The notes: a model not told the origin generated them from the letters alone. A DNA stretch of 63,539 bases, filler included, from a bacterium (GCA_024278215.1; 4 parts of 4 records of this genome joined end to end with filler, not necessarily neighbours in it); one strand, 5' to 3'. Counted from the whole stretch's first letter, positions 37,467 through 47,527 are shown. A program made the numbers and translations.

Positions 37467-37644
37467 GATCCAATTGCAAAATTCTGATTCTGCTACGGTC
37501 GGCTGCTATTGTCCATAGCTGCGTTGTCGGCATAAAATCGTCTCGACGTACTCTACAAGTACGCCTGCGAGGATTTTACACCTCCGCCTTGCTCTGAACA
37601 ATTTCGCTCGACCTCGCTACGAACATAATTTTGCAATTGGCTCT
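37467..37644 (+). mobile_element. Repeat family A, full copy
   Basis: GATCCAATTGCAAAATTCTGATTCTG..CATAATTTTGCAATTGGCTCT. Confidence 0.88.
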
Positions 37645-37743
37645 ATCACATACGCAATTCGGCAGATATTTTACTAATTAGTTCTTTTACATTTGTCAAA
37701 ATAAATTATAATCATTTATTGAATACAATCAGGGCTATCACTT

Positions 37744-38652
37744 ATGAGTTGGAAGAATGAACTGGCCGGAAGGGTGCGCGGACGTTTCCGCGAGGACGAA
37801 CTCCTGTCCAGACACACAACATTCAGAATCGGTGGTCCCTGCGATGTGTTTTTCGAGCCGAAGGATGTGGACGATCTCGTAGAGGCCGTTAACTTTCTGC
37901 GAAACGGACGTGTTCCACATATCTTTGTCGGACAGGGCAGCAATCTCCTGTTTGCCGATTCAGGGTACAGGGGTTGCGTCATCAGGCTGGGAACGGGGCT
38001 GAGGAAGTCGAAGCTGAAAGGTGTCCGTGTGGAAGTCGGAGCAGGTGTGCTGCTGCATCCGCTCATAAGGGCGCTGGTCGAGAAAGAAATGGGCGGTATG
38101 GAAAGTCTTGTCGGCATTCCGGGCACAATCGGAGGCGCGATATATATGAACGCGGGCGCATGGGGGCAGTCGGTTTCGGACAAACTCCATTGGGTCGAAG
38201 TGATTGACGGCAGCGGCGAGATAAGGCGCGTGCAGAAGGAGAATATCATCTTTAAATACCGATGGAGCCTGTTTCAGGACCTGACCGAATGGGTGATTAT
38301 TTCAGCCGGTTTCGAGTTCGACCACGCGCCCGCCTCGCTTTTGAAGGATCGAATCGAAGAAGTGAACAGGAAAAGGAAGGGTGTGCAACCATCGGATTAT
38401 CCCGGCGCAGGCAGTTTTTTCAAGAACCCGAAGGGGAACTCGGCAGGAGCGCTCATAGACAGGGCGGGTCTCAAGGGTGAGCGTGTCGGCGGCGCTGTGG
38501 TGTCTGATATTCATGCCAACTTCATAGTTAATTGCGGCGGCGCAACCTGCTCGGATGTCTTAACACTTTCAGAAAAGATACAAAAGGAAGTAATGAAGAA
38601 ATTTCGCATCAGGCTTGAGCCCGAGGTGCGTATTATCCCCCCCGGGAAATAA
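37744..38652 (+). CDS. murB: UDP-N-acetylenolpyruvoylglucosamine reductase
   Basis: TTFRIGGP, GQGSNLL, IPGTIGGAIYMNAGA, AGSFFKNP, HANFIVN, LEPEV. Confidence 0.96.
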   Translation: MSWKNELAGRVRGRFREDELLSRHTTFRIGGPCDVFFEPKDVDDLVEAVNFLRNGRVPHIFVGQGSNLLFADSGYRGCVIRLGTGLRKSKLKGVRVEVGAGVLLHPLIRALVEKEMGGMESLVGIPGTIGGAIYMNAGAWGQSVSDKLHWVEVIDGSGEIRRVQKENIIFKYRWSLFQDLTEWVIISAGFEFDHAPASLLKDRIEEVNRKRKGVQPSDYPGAGSFFKNPKGNSAGALIDRAGLKGERVGGAVVSDIHANFIVNCGGATCSDVLTLSEKIQKEVMKKFRIRLEPEVRIIPPGK

Positions 38653-38768
38653 GTATTATCCGACAAAAATAGAAGGCTTTTCAACGATAATTTATGTCGT
38701 TTTATTTGAAAATATTTAGTGCATTCCCGATGATAACGACTATAATAATTGCATATTGAGTTTTCATT

Positions 38769-40595
38769 ATGAGTGCCGACGAAGAAGAACACAATTATCA
38801 TTCCCGCGCTCCGCGAGAGGCAGCCGAGCAGAAAAAAACGATGGCTGTACTGACTGTTGTCAGTTCGCTTGCAGGTATTGTTTTTATTTATCTCGGGCGC
38901 AGGTACCATACTCCCCTTCTTAACAGTGCAGGTGTTTTTTTCCTCTTTATTGCCGTTACGGAAATTCTCGTATACAGGCTGCTTGTGTTCAGAGTGCGAT
39001 GCGAGGAAATTTCCGGCGGCGACGATTTGAATATAGGCGACGAATCGGAGTCAGGCGGCAGGGAGAACAGTAGCGCGCGGGCCTGGTGGAATATGCAATC
39101 CGGAGGTTTGCAGTCCGGAGTGCTGACCCAGACAGCTGTCGGTATAGTGCTGGCTTTCTATGCTTACTATTCGTTTAAAGCGCCTGCGGTGGCGGCTGCG
39201 GCTGCGGCAGGCAAAGAGGTCTATGGTTTCGGAGTCCTTTGTGTGGCGCTCGCGTTTGTGTGCCTTGTCATATCGAGATTACTGTCCGAGTACAGCGGGA
39301 AGGATTTTCCCGAAGCAGCCGGTCTCGAGCATCTTTTTAAACTCGCGATATGGCAGTTGATGGTCAGCGCGGCTCTTTTTATTCTTCACGGGCTCGGGGT
39401 TCCGAACCTTGAGAAGACGGGCCACAGCATATTTCTGATTCTTTATCTGTTCCTCGCCGCCGAGATAATTATCAGGTCTGTCGCCGCATGTTTCGCCGAG
39501 GAAAAACCCATTACCGACATCACGGTGCAGACCGATTACCTTGTGGTGCGGTTCCTCGTTTCCGGTGCCAACCCGATAAGCAGTATCGCAACGAATCTTG
39601 AGGAACAGTTCGGAGTGAACTTCAAGAGCAGTTGGGCGATCGACTTCATTCGCAGGGCCATCGGGCCGATTACATTTGCACTTGTGCTGCTTGCCTGGCT
39701 GTGGTCTTCACTTGTAATGGTCACGCTTTTCGAGGAGGGCATTCATCTCCGGTTCGGTCGGCCCGTGACGCGCGAAACACTGAAACCCGGACTGCACATT
39801 GTGATGCCGTGGCCGGTGGACAGGGTTCTGAAGGTGCCGGTGACACGCCTCAATGTGATGACGATCGGTTATGAAGAATCGAAACCCAATGCCAGCCTGC
39901 TGTGGACGAAATCTCACGCGGCCCGGGAATACAGTCTGCTCGTCGGCAACGGACGTGACCTCGTAACGGTGAATGCCGAACTCGTATGGAAAATAAAAAA
40001 CGCTTATGATTTTACATTTAATTGTCAGAATCCGGATGCGGTGTTAAAAGAAGTCGCATACCGAGTGCTGCTGCTCGAGACCATCGGCAAGGATCTCGAC
40101 GGAATCCTGAGCGATAATGTTAAGGTTTTCGTTGAAAGGGTCAAGGGAGAGATACAGGAAGCCGCCGACGACAGCGGGCTGGGGATCGAGGTCGTCGCTT
40201 TCTATCTCAAAGGTCTTCACCCGCCCATCGAGGTCGCGCGCGACTACCAGGCGGTCGTCAGCTCGAAGATCGACAAGAAGAGAATGGTAATAGAAGCGAA
40301 CGCATACAAGCTCCAGTCGATCCCCATCGCCGAGTCCACAAGCGTGGAAAAAGTGAATACCGCGCTGTCATACAAATACTCACGCCTGTCCGACGCGGGA
40401 GGAGCGGCTGCAAAGTTCACCGCCTTATATTCCCAGTACCGGGTGGAGCCTGAACTGTACATGTTCAGAAGCAGGCTCGAGACACTCGAAGGAGTGCTCG
40501 GCGAGGGGCGTGTATATATAGTGGACGACAGGTTTATAGACAACAAAGAGCCGATAACGGTCGATTTCAGGCAGTTCTTTAAAAAGAGTTTTTAA
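38769..40595 (+). CDS. HflK-like SPFH protein with large polytopic N-terminal membrane domain
   Basis: About 7 TM helices, then EEGIHLRFGRP..PGLHIVMPWP, LLVGNGRDLV, LHPPIEVARDYQAV, YRVEPELYMFR. Confidence 0.82.
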   Translation: MSADEEEHNYHSRAPREAAEQKKTMAVLTVVSSLAGIVFIYLGRRYHTPLLNSAGVFFLFIAVTEILVYRLLVFRVRCEEISGGDDLNIGDESESGGRENSSARAWWNMQSGGLQSGVLTQTAVGIVLAFYAYYSFKAPAVAAAAAAGKEVYGFGVLCVALAFVCLVISRLLSEYSGKDFPEAAGLEHLFKLAIWQLMVSAALFILHGLGVPNLEKTGHSIFLILYLFLAAEIIIRSVAACFAEEKPITDITVQTDYLVVRFLVSGANPISSIATNLEEQFGVNFKSSWAIDFIRRAIGPITFALVLLAWLWSSLVMVTLFEEGIHLRFGRPVTRETLKPGLHIVMPWPVDRVLKVPVTRLNVMTIGYEESKPNASLLWTKSHAAREYSLLVGNGRDLVTVNAELVWKIKNAYDFTFNCQNPDAVLKEVAYRVLLLETIGKDLDGILSDNVKVFVERVKGEIQEAADDSGLGIEVVAFYLKGLHPPIEVARDYQAVVSSKIDKKRMVIEANAYKLQSIPIAESTSVEKVNTALSYKYSRLSDAGGAAAKFTALYSQYRVEPELYMFRSRLETLEGVLGEGRVYIVDDRFIDNKEPITVDFRQFFKKSF

Positions 40596-40605
40596 GGCCC
40601 GGGAG

Positions 40606-41502
40606 GTGCCGGAAGTGGGAAGGTATATATTCAGGATCATCAGCGGTCTGGTAGTGGTGGGTGTGATCCTTTTCTACATGTTTACTTTACAGGTGAGGGA
40701 AGGCCAATACGCAGTCGTAGCGCGGCTGGGCAAGCCGGTAAATGTTTATAAGGATGCCGGCCTGCACAGGAAGCTTCCATGGCCGTTCGAGAGATACGCG
40801 ATTATCGACGGGCGCAGCAGGGTGTTCAATACCCGCCATACGGAGATGCTCACAAGAGACAAAAAGAATATCATACTGCTCAGCTATGCGATCTGGCGTG
40901 TCGAGAAACCCCTGGTATTTTTCCAGTCGATCGGAACCGTTGATTCTGCCGACACCAAGCTGGACGGCCTCATCACAAACGCGAAAATAAGCGTAATGGG
41001 CAAGAATGACCTAAGTGCTCTCGTGTCCACGAATAAGGACGATCTGCGGGTCGGCGAGATCGAGTCGGAAATACTCGATATGGTAGAAGAAGAAGCACTG
41101 ACGAAATATGGTATCATAATCGAACAGATAGGATTCAAGCGACTGTCGCTGCCCGAGGACAATATAAAATACGTATTCGACCAGATGCGTGCGGAAAGAG
41201 CCCAGTATGCAGCGCGCTACAGGGCGGAAGGCGAACGCGAAGCATCGAAAATAAGGTCCGAGACAGACCTCGAAGTTTCGCGGATTCTGGCCGACGCCAA
41301 CGAGAAAGCCGCCCGAATAAAGGGCGAGGCGGAAGCGCAGGCGGCGAAAATATACGCCGACGCCCACAAGATCGACCCCGAGTTCTACAGGTTCACGAGA
41401 TCTATGGAATCGCTAAAGAGCCTGCTCAGCAGCCAGACGACCGTTATACTCGGCACGGACGCCGAGCCGTTTAATTACCTGAAAAGCAAATCACCGAAAT
41501 GA
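40606..41502 (+). CDS. HflC-like SPFH protein
   Basis: VARLGKP, GLHRKLPWP, MLTRDKKNI, MRAER, DPEFYRFTRSMESL. Confidence 0.9.
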   Translation: MPEVGRYIFRIISGLVVVGVILFYMFTLQVREGQYAVVARLGKPVNVYKDAGLHRKLPWPFERYAIIDGRSRVFNTRHTEMLTRDKKNIILLSYAIWRVEKPLVFFQSIGTVDSADTKLDGLITNAKISVMGKNDLSALVSTNKDDLRVGEIESEILDMVEEEALTKYGIIIEQIGFKRLSLPEDNIKYVFDQMRAERAQYAARYRAEGEREASKIRSETDLEVSRILADANEKAARIKGEAEAQAAKIYADAHKIDPEFYRFTRSMESLKSLLSSQTTVILGTDAEPFNYLKSKSPK

Positions 41503-41521
41503 TTATAGGCCGGAGTAATTG

Positions 41522-42565
41522 ATGCCTGAAACAGACAATATACAACAGGGTGAACCGGCGCAAGAAAAGTCGAGCGCGGTAATGAGCGCTCTCGATTCCG
41601 GTTTCACGTATGCACGGTGGGGAATAGTGCTGCTTGTTATTGTGTACCTGTTTTCAGGTGTAACGGTTATCGAAACTGATGAAGTCGGGATGGTCCTGCG
41701 TTTCGGACGGCTCGTCGGATCGGTTCCGGCAACACAGATCAGACACCCCGGCCCTGTTTTCATGTTCCCTAAACCCATCGACGAACTCGTCCGTGTAAAA
41801 GTAAAAAAAGTTATGGAACTTAAGATAACGGATTTGTACAGACCCGAATACATCAACCAGGTACAGGGCGCGGACAGGATGCCGTTCAACGATACCATCG
41901 ACCCGGAAAACGAAGGCTATTGCCTCACGGGCGATCACAATGTCGTGCAGACACTGATAACCGTCAAATACCAGATCACCGATCCGATAGCTTATGTTTT
42001 CGGCAATCAGGCGCCCGCGGATACTATCAGGGACACCGTGCTGGCGGCCATGGTCAGGTCGACAGGCGAGGAAAAAGTCGACAGCATAATAACAGTCGGC
42101 AAAAAACAGTTGCTGTTAACCGTTCAACGCCGTGCGCAGAAAAGGCTCGACGACATTCATGCCGGAGTGACGATACAGTCGTTCGAGTTCAATGAACTGA
42201 TGCCGGCGCGGCAGGTTCTCAAAGAGTTTAAAGCAGTGCAGAACGCATACATCGAAAGGGAAACAAAGATAAAGGAAGCGAGCAGCTATAAGGAAGAAAA
42301 GATTCCCGGCGCGGAAGCGTCGGCGGGAATGACGGTTCGCGAGGCGGAGGCATACGCCGCCGATGTGCTGGCAGGCGCGAGGGGCGACGCGAGCGCGTTT
42401 GAAAACATGCTGGTCGAGTACCATCGCGACCCCGAAGTTGTGCGCGAACGTCTCTATCGCGAAGCCGTCGACGATTCGATGTCGTGGCTTGCGGATGTTA
42501 CCATCGTTCCTGTCGATCCGAAATCACGGAAGCAGGGCGCAAATATTATACTGCCCGGAAAATGA
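41522..42565 (+). CDS. Second HflK-like SPFH protein (single TM)
   Basis: EVGMVLRFGR, LTGDHNVV..KYQITDP, ARGDASAF..YHRDPEVVRERLY. Confidence 0.87.
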   Translation: MPETDNIQQGEPAQEKSSAVMSALDSGFTYARWGIVLLVIVYLFSGVTVIETDEVGMVLRFGRLVGSVPATQIRHPGPVFMFPKPIDELVRVKVKKVMELKITDLYRPEYINQVQGADRMPFNDTIDPENEGYCLTGDHNVVQTLITVKYQITDPIAYVFGNQAPADTIRDTVLAAMVRSTGEEKVDSIITVGKKQLLLTVQRRAQKRLDDIHAGVTIQSFEFNELMPARQVLKEFKAVQNAYIERETKIKEASSYKEEKIPGAEASAGMTVREAEAYAADVLAGARGDASAFENMLVEYHRDPEVVRERLYREAVDDSMSWLADVTIVPVDPKSRKQGANIILPGK

Positions 42566-44526
42566 CCGGGATAGCTCCAGGCACAGAAGTTCGTGCCATG
42601 CCTGAACAGAAAATAAAAATGAGCATAAACGCAACAGCAGTAAGTGATACAATAATGGAATCGGCGCGAACTGCGATGTCGCGCGCCGAGCGCATACGAA
42701 TCGGCGCGCGGCTCTCCACATCCATAGCCGGCGCGGGCCTGCTGATTGTCGGCATGATCTATTCCCGTATGCAGCCCGGCCAGCCTGCTGTCGGTGCCCT
42801 GCTGTCGGCTCTGGCGTCAATCGTCGTCGGCATTCCCGTCATGGCAATGGCTCTCAAAGGATTCGTTTCAAAAAAACAGGAATACTATACCGAGCAACTT
42901 ATTTCACTTGCGATACTCGCTTCGATGGCGAGAGGCGAGTATGTCACGGCAACTCTTGTTCCTCTTTTTATGGCGATAGGACATTTCCTTGAAGAGCGAA
43001 GTATACTCGGCGCGCGCCTCGCCATAGAAAAAATAAAAGAGCTAAACGCGAGAAAAGCAAATCTGCTCGAAGGCGAAACCGAACGCCGTGTAAAACCAGA
43101 AGACCTTAAATCCGGTGATCTTATTATCGTGCGTCCCGGCGAGGTGCTCCCCGTGGACGGAACGGTTGTCGAGGGGTGGTCGTCGGTCGACCAGGCCCCT
43201 GTTACCGGCGAATCCGTATATGAGGAAGTGGCGCCGGGCAGCAAAGTTTTCGCGGGCACGATCAATCTCAACGGTCTTCTCAGAGTGACGGTTACAGGCG
43301 TGGGCGCAGACACGGCGCTCGGGCGCGTAATAGATATTCTCAAGCAGGCGGAATCGTCGAAAGCGCCCGTCACCAGGCTTATCGAACGATACGCTTCTTT
43401 CTACCTTCCTTTTGTCATATCTTTTGCCGCGGTTGTGCTTTTCCTTACTATGGACACAACCCGCGCTATCACTGTTCTTGTGGTCGCATGTCCCTGTGCT
43501 TTTGTGCTTGCAAGCCCTGCGGCGATGGTGGCCGCTCTCGCCGTAGCTTCGCGCATTAAAGTGCTCATAAAAAACACCGGCTTCCTCGAAAAACTCAGCG
43601 ACATTGATACTCTCGTTCTCGATAAAACAGGCACAATAACGCTCGGAAGATTAAAAGTTTCAAAACTTTTTCCGGCAAACGGAATTGATGAAAACGAACT
43701 GCTTGCAAGGGCCGCCTGCGCGGGATACGGTTCGCGGCACCCTGTCTCCGTGTCGATATTCGAGGAGGCTGCCGGGCTGGAGATCAAGTTGGCTAAACCG
43801 GAAAAAGTTACCGAAGAACCAGGCAAAGGCACTATTGTCGCAGTAAACGGAGATGAACTTCGACTGGGCCGCCTTTCATGGATAAAAGAATATGCGTACG
43901 ACTGCAAACAGTGCAATGAACCGGGCGGCACGGTGACATATCTTGCAATGAATGGGAAATACCTGGGCGCGGTGCAGCTAGAAGACCGGCCACGTCCCGA
44001 AGCGAAACAGGCTATTGAACAGTTGAGAAAACTCGGTGTAAGTAGAACACTTCTTGTTACCGGCGATAAAAAATCCGTGGCGGAAAAAATATCCGACGAA
44101 CTCGGTTTCGACACATGTATAGCAGAAGCGCTGCCGGAAGATAAGCTGACAATTATACAGAACGAACGTGCAAAAGGCGCGAAAATCATGATGCTTGGTG
44201 ACGGCGTGAACGATGCCCCTGCGCTTGCAGGTGCAGATGTAGGTGTCGCCCTCTGCGCAATGGTCAACGATGTCGCCATCGGCAGTTCCGACATTGCCAT
44301 AATGACAGACAACCTGCTTCGCGTGCCGCAGATAATCAGGCTCTCTCATGCCGTGCGCTCGATTATAAATCAAAATGTTCTATTCGGGGCGGGCTTCAGT
44401 GTCGCCATGCTCACGCTTGCGTCGATGGGCCTGATAAGTCCCGTTCTCGGCGCGATCCTCCACAACGGTGGCGCGATATTCGTCGTCTTCAACAGCGCAC
44501 GCCTCCTCAAAACTGACATTAAATGA
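42562..44526 (+). CDS. P1B-type heavy-metal ATPase lacking N-terminal metal-binding domain
   Basis: TGES, ACPC, DKTGT, SRHP, GDGVNDAPALA, last TM LHNGGAIFVVFNSARL; ATGA overlap with upstream gene. Confidence 0.92.
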   Translation: MTGIAPGTEVRAMPEQKIKMSINATAVSDTIMESARTAMSRAERIRIGARLSTSIAGAGLLIVGMIYSRMQPGQPAVGALLSALASIVVGIPVMAMALKGFVSKKQEYYTEQLISLAILASMARGEYVTATLVPLFMAIGHFLEERSILGARLAIEKIKELNARKANLLEGETERRVKPEDLKSGDLIIVRPGEVLPVDGTVVEGWSSVDQAPVTGESVYEEVAPGSKVFAGTINLNGLLRVTVTGVGADTALGRVIDILKQAESSKAPVTRLIERYASFYLPFVISFAAVVLFLTMDTTRAITVLVVACPCAFVLASPAAMVAALAVASRIKVLIKNTGFLEKLSDIDTLVLDKTGTITLGRLKVSKLFPANGIDENELLARAACAGYGSRHPVSVSIFEEAAGLEIKLAKPEKVTEEPGKGTIVAVNGDELRLGRLSWIKEYAYDCKQCNEPGGTVTYLAMNGKYLGAVQLEDRPRPEAKQAIEQLRKLGVSRTLLVTGDKKSVAEKISDELGFDTCIAEALPEDKLTIIQNERAKGAKIMMLGDGVNDAPALAGADVGVALCAMVNDVAIGSSDIAIMTDNLLRVPQIIRLSHAVRSIINQNVLFGAGFSVAMLTLASMGLISPVLGAILHNGGAIFVVFNSARLLKTDIK

Positions 44527-44558
44527 GGTGAACAGGGGATATGCGAAATACAATTATG

Positions 44559-44622
44559 ACAGGCGGGACGCCTGTGCTACTTTATAAAAACATCTTTTCA
44601 GTAGCATAGGCGTCTCGCCTGT
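44559..44622. repeat. GTAG-type REP doublet (REPIN-like) between convergent genes
   Basis: ACAGGCGGGACGCCTGTGCTAC and inverted GTAGCATAGGCGTCTCGCCTGT, 20 bp apart; same unit inside family D. Confidence 0.8.
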
Positions 44623-44684
44623 GTGACTCTGCCCGTCGTTGTTGCAAATGTTGTGTTGTAATAAGTTAGAAAATGCCGGTCAAA

Positions 44685-46154
44685 TCAGCCTGTGTAGTCG
44701 GCTATAATGAAATCGAAAGTTAGAGATTCATAGCCCAGCGCTGAGGAAATGGCCTCGGCTTTGAATTTCTGGCCCTGTGCCCACATCTGTAGCAGCAGAC
44801 TGCCGGCATCCGGTTTGTCGAACCAGTCGAGATCGTGTTTTTCTATCATCTTTGTCCTTATCTGCCGCTCGAGCATCCATGCCCTCAGGTAGCGCGCGCA
44901 GTAGAAGTGGTTGTCGACATCGGAAATATAAAAAGCCGGATCATATTGAACCGAAGTGGCGTTTGTCAGCGTTTTCGCATATATGGCGGCGCAGTCTTCA
45001 ACTTTGTGATTACCACCGTGAAGTTCCATCTCATATTGGAGTTTACCCGAGTAGCGGCGGAGCATGTACAGCTCGAAAAACTTCATGAACCGCAGGTAAT
45101 CGTCAGTGTCGACGATACCGAGTCTGCGCTCGAGCCATAACGGGTTTACGATGAGGTTCTCGAGTGTCGAAGCGTGCGCCTCGGTGACGGAGTTGTCGCC
45201 GAGATAACGCGCGGCGATGGGCAGGGCGGCGTTCGTGTGGGCATAGTGGAGAGTGTGGCCGAGTTCGTGGAGGAAGCTGCTGTAGTCGTCTACGCCGCCG
45301 TGCGGCATGATGACGAGATAGACCTTGTCCGGCACACGCACAGGACAGCAGAAAGCGCGTGGTGATTTGCGTTCGCGCTTTTCGACATCGAGAATGATAT
45401 GCGGGTGGTCTTGTGCCTGTATGCCCATGTTGCTCATTGTCGACCATGCGGCATCGATAAGTTTTTCCGCCGGGAACATCGGGTCGAACAGGTCGGCGCG
45501 CCTCATGTATGAAAGATCGTATTGTGCGAGTTCTTCGACTGGAATATTGAGGAAGGTTTCGCTATAGTGCGCCAGTTCCTTTTTATAATAATCTTCGGTG
45601 GCGTCAAGCAGCTTGTCGGTTTCATGTCTTAGTGTGGACAATGAAATGCCTTCGATATTCTCAAAGAAATCGTTGTAGTTTTTATAGCCGTAGCTGCAAG
45701 CCATGTCGTGTGTAAACTGCATTATGTTAACGCTCATGGGGTTGAGTTGCTCGATCTGCACGCGGCGCCTGAGTTCTTCGAGTTGGCCGCGGGTTTTGTG
45801 TTTCGATTCATTAGCTATGATGATCGGCAATTGCCTGAAGGGAACCTGCTGGTCGTTGATGTCTACAGTCGCTTCGAGTTCCCTGGTGATCACATCGTCT
45901 GTGTAGCGTTTCGTGTTTTTGTCGATCATCATGCAGAGCAGGAAGGACATGTATTCGCCTTTTTCGACGGGGTCGATATCCGAACTTTTCATTTCCGCCA
46001 CGGTCTCCGAGGAGATAAGCTTATCCATTTTATCGAAGATAGCCGAGAAATTCGCCTCGTTCTTAAGACCGGCCCCCACCTCATAAGCCTCCCGCTCCAA
46101 ATCCTGTATGAACGTCTCAAGCTCCTGTAATTTCTTCATTTCGCCGCTACCCAT
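44685..46154 (-). CDS. Gluzincin metallopeptidase (M3 oligoendopeptidase-like)
   Basis: KSPRAFCCP, FLHELGHTLH, downstream TEAHA; ATG 46154 with GGAGG RBS. Confidence 0.78.
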   Translation of the reverse strand: MGSGEMKKLQELETFIQDLEREAYEVGAGLKNEANFSAIFDKMDKLISSETVAEMKSSDIDPVEKGEYMSFLLCMMIDKNTKRYTDDVITRELEATVDINDQQVPFRQLPIIIANESKHKTRGQLEELRRRVQIEQLNPMSVNIMQFTHDMACSYGYKNYNDFFENIEGISLSTLRHETDKLLDATEDYYKKELAHYSETFLNIPVEELAQYDLSYMRRADLFDPMFPAEKLIDAAWSTMSNMGIQAQDHPHIILDVEKRERKSPRAFCCPVRVPDKVYLVIMPHGGVDDYSSFLHELGHTLHYAHTNAALPIAARYLGDNSVTEAHASTLENLIVNPLWLERRLGIVDTDDYLRFMKFFELYMLRRYSGKLQYEMELHGGNHKVEDCAAIYAKTLTNATSVQYDPAFYISDVDNHFYCARYLRAWMLERQIRTKMIEKHDLDWFDKPDAGSLLLQMWAQGQKFKAEAISSALGYESLTFDFIIADYTG

Positions 46155-46186
46155 GTCTGATGTCCTCCGCATTATCATTGTTCTAT

Positions 46187-46365
46187 GAGCCAATTGCAAA
46201 ATTCTGATTCTGCTGCGGTCGGCTGCTATTGTCGATAGCTGCGTTGTCGGCGCAAAATCGTCCTCGACGTACTCTACAAGTACGCCTGCGAAGATTTTAC
46301 ACCTCCGCCTTGCTCTGAACAATTTCGCTCGACCTCGCTATGAACATAATTTTGCAATTGGATCT
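46187..46365 (+). mobile_element. Repeat family A, full copy
   Basis: GAGCCAATTGCAAAATT..AATTTTGCAATTGGATCT. Confidence 0.88.
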
Positions 46366-46576
46366 ATTATAAACACTTTTGCGCCAGAAAATAAATGACA
46401 CACGAATTGATTCTATCAGGGATTTGATGAATATTCCGCATATTTCGCCGAGGCGACCAGGAAAGAGATACCGTAGTATGCTTGATGGAATGCGCCCTAA
46501 ACAAAAATGGAAACATCTGTTAAAATCACAATAGAGGTAACAAAGAGTCGCACACGACAGCGACAGGGGGCAGTAT

Positions 46577-47527
46577 ATGAAAAAGTTTATTCTGTTATTT
46601 ATCATTTTAATACTTGCGGCGGCGGCGACGGATGCGCGCACAAGAATGGGGGGCGGGAAAGAAGGCGGGACCGAGCTTCCCGAAGATGCGCACCGGGTCG
46701 AGATGTCGCCGGAGAACCCTGGCGGCGTGGAAGCTATGTGGGACAGAGCATCGCTCGTTGTCAGGGCCGGGGTGGCGGAGATAAGAGAAGTCGAAACGGA
46801 CGATGTGAAAACTGAAGGTAGCAGTCGCAGGACAAATGTCCGAAAGCGTATGGAAGCTGTGCTTGATGTTACAGAAGTATACAAGGGTGGTTTTTCGGGC
46901 GACGATATAATAGTCGATTATTTCAGGTCTATTGTCGAGGAAGACCCGAAGCCGCTGGATTATGAGGAAGGCGAGGATGTTGTCCTGTTCCTGTCGCCGA
47001 CAGGCGAGCCTTCGAGATACAGAACAATCAGTTCGGCGACAGGCAAGGTTGCGTACACTCCTGAGATCGACGGCAGGCTCAGGGCGATGCAGAAAGAAAC
47101 AAACCCTGAAAGAGCTGATGTGAAGAAGAAGAAAGAAGGTAAATTGACAGTAAACATCATGCCGGGATCAAGCAGTGTGCGAGTCGGCGAACCGTTATTC
47201 GTGACGGTTCTTGTGATGAATAACTCAGAGAAATATGTGAGAATAGACGGTTCGTTCGAGCCCCTGAGGTGCATCGAGATAATAGGTCCCGACGGGAAGA
47301 AAGCGACTGCGTTGCGTCACAGGGATGCCGCGGTCGCGCCATACCTGATCACGCTCAGGCCGAATCATTTTGTCGGAGCGAGGATCGACATTACCAGAAA
47401 TTACAATGTATCAAAACCGGGAATATATCAGTTTCGCGCTGTAACAAAGCCCCGTAGTACAACCTCATCGGCGGTCGGCGAAGCGATACGCTCAAAGCTG
47501 GTTTCGATTGTCGTCAATGAGAAATGA
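46577..47527 (+). CDS. Secreted hypothetical protein, probably two beta domains (C-terminal Ig-like)
   Basis: Signal peptide MKKFILLFIILILAAAATDA; VRVGEPLFVTVLVMN, KPGIYQFRA. Confidence 0.7.
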   Translation: MKKFILLFIILILAAAATDARTRMGGGKEGGTELPEDAHRVEMSPENPGGVEAMWDRASLVVRAGVAEIREVETDDVKTEGSSRRTNVRKRMEAVLDVTEVYKGGFSGDDIIVDYFRSIVEEDPKPLDYEEGEDVVLFLSPTGEPSRYRTISSATGKVAYTPEIDGRLRAMQKETNPERADVKKKKEGKLTVNIMPGSSSVRVGEPLFVTVLVMNNSEKYVRIDGSFEPLRCIEIIGPDGKKATALRHRDAAVAPYLITLRPNHFVGARIDITRNYNVSKPGIYQFRAVTKPRSTTSSAVGEAIRSKLVSIVVNEK

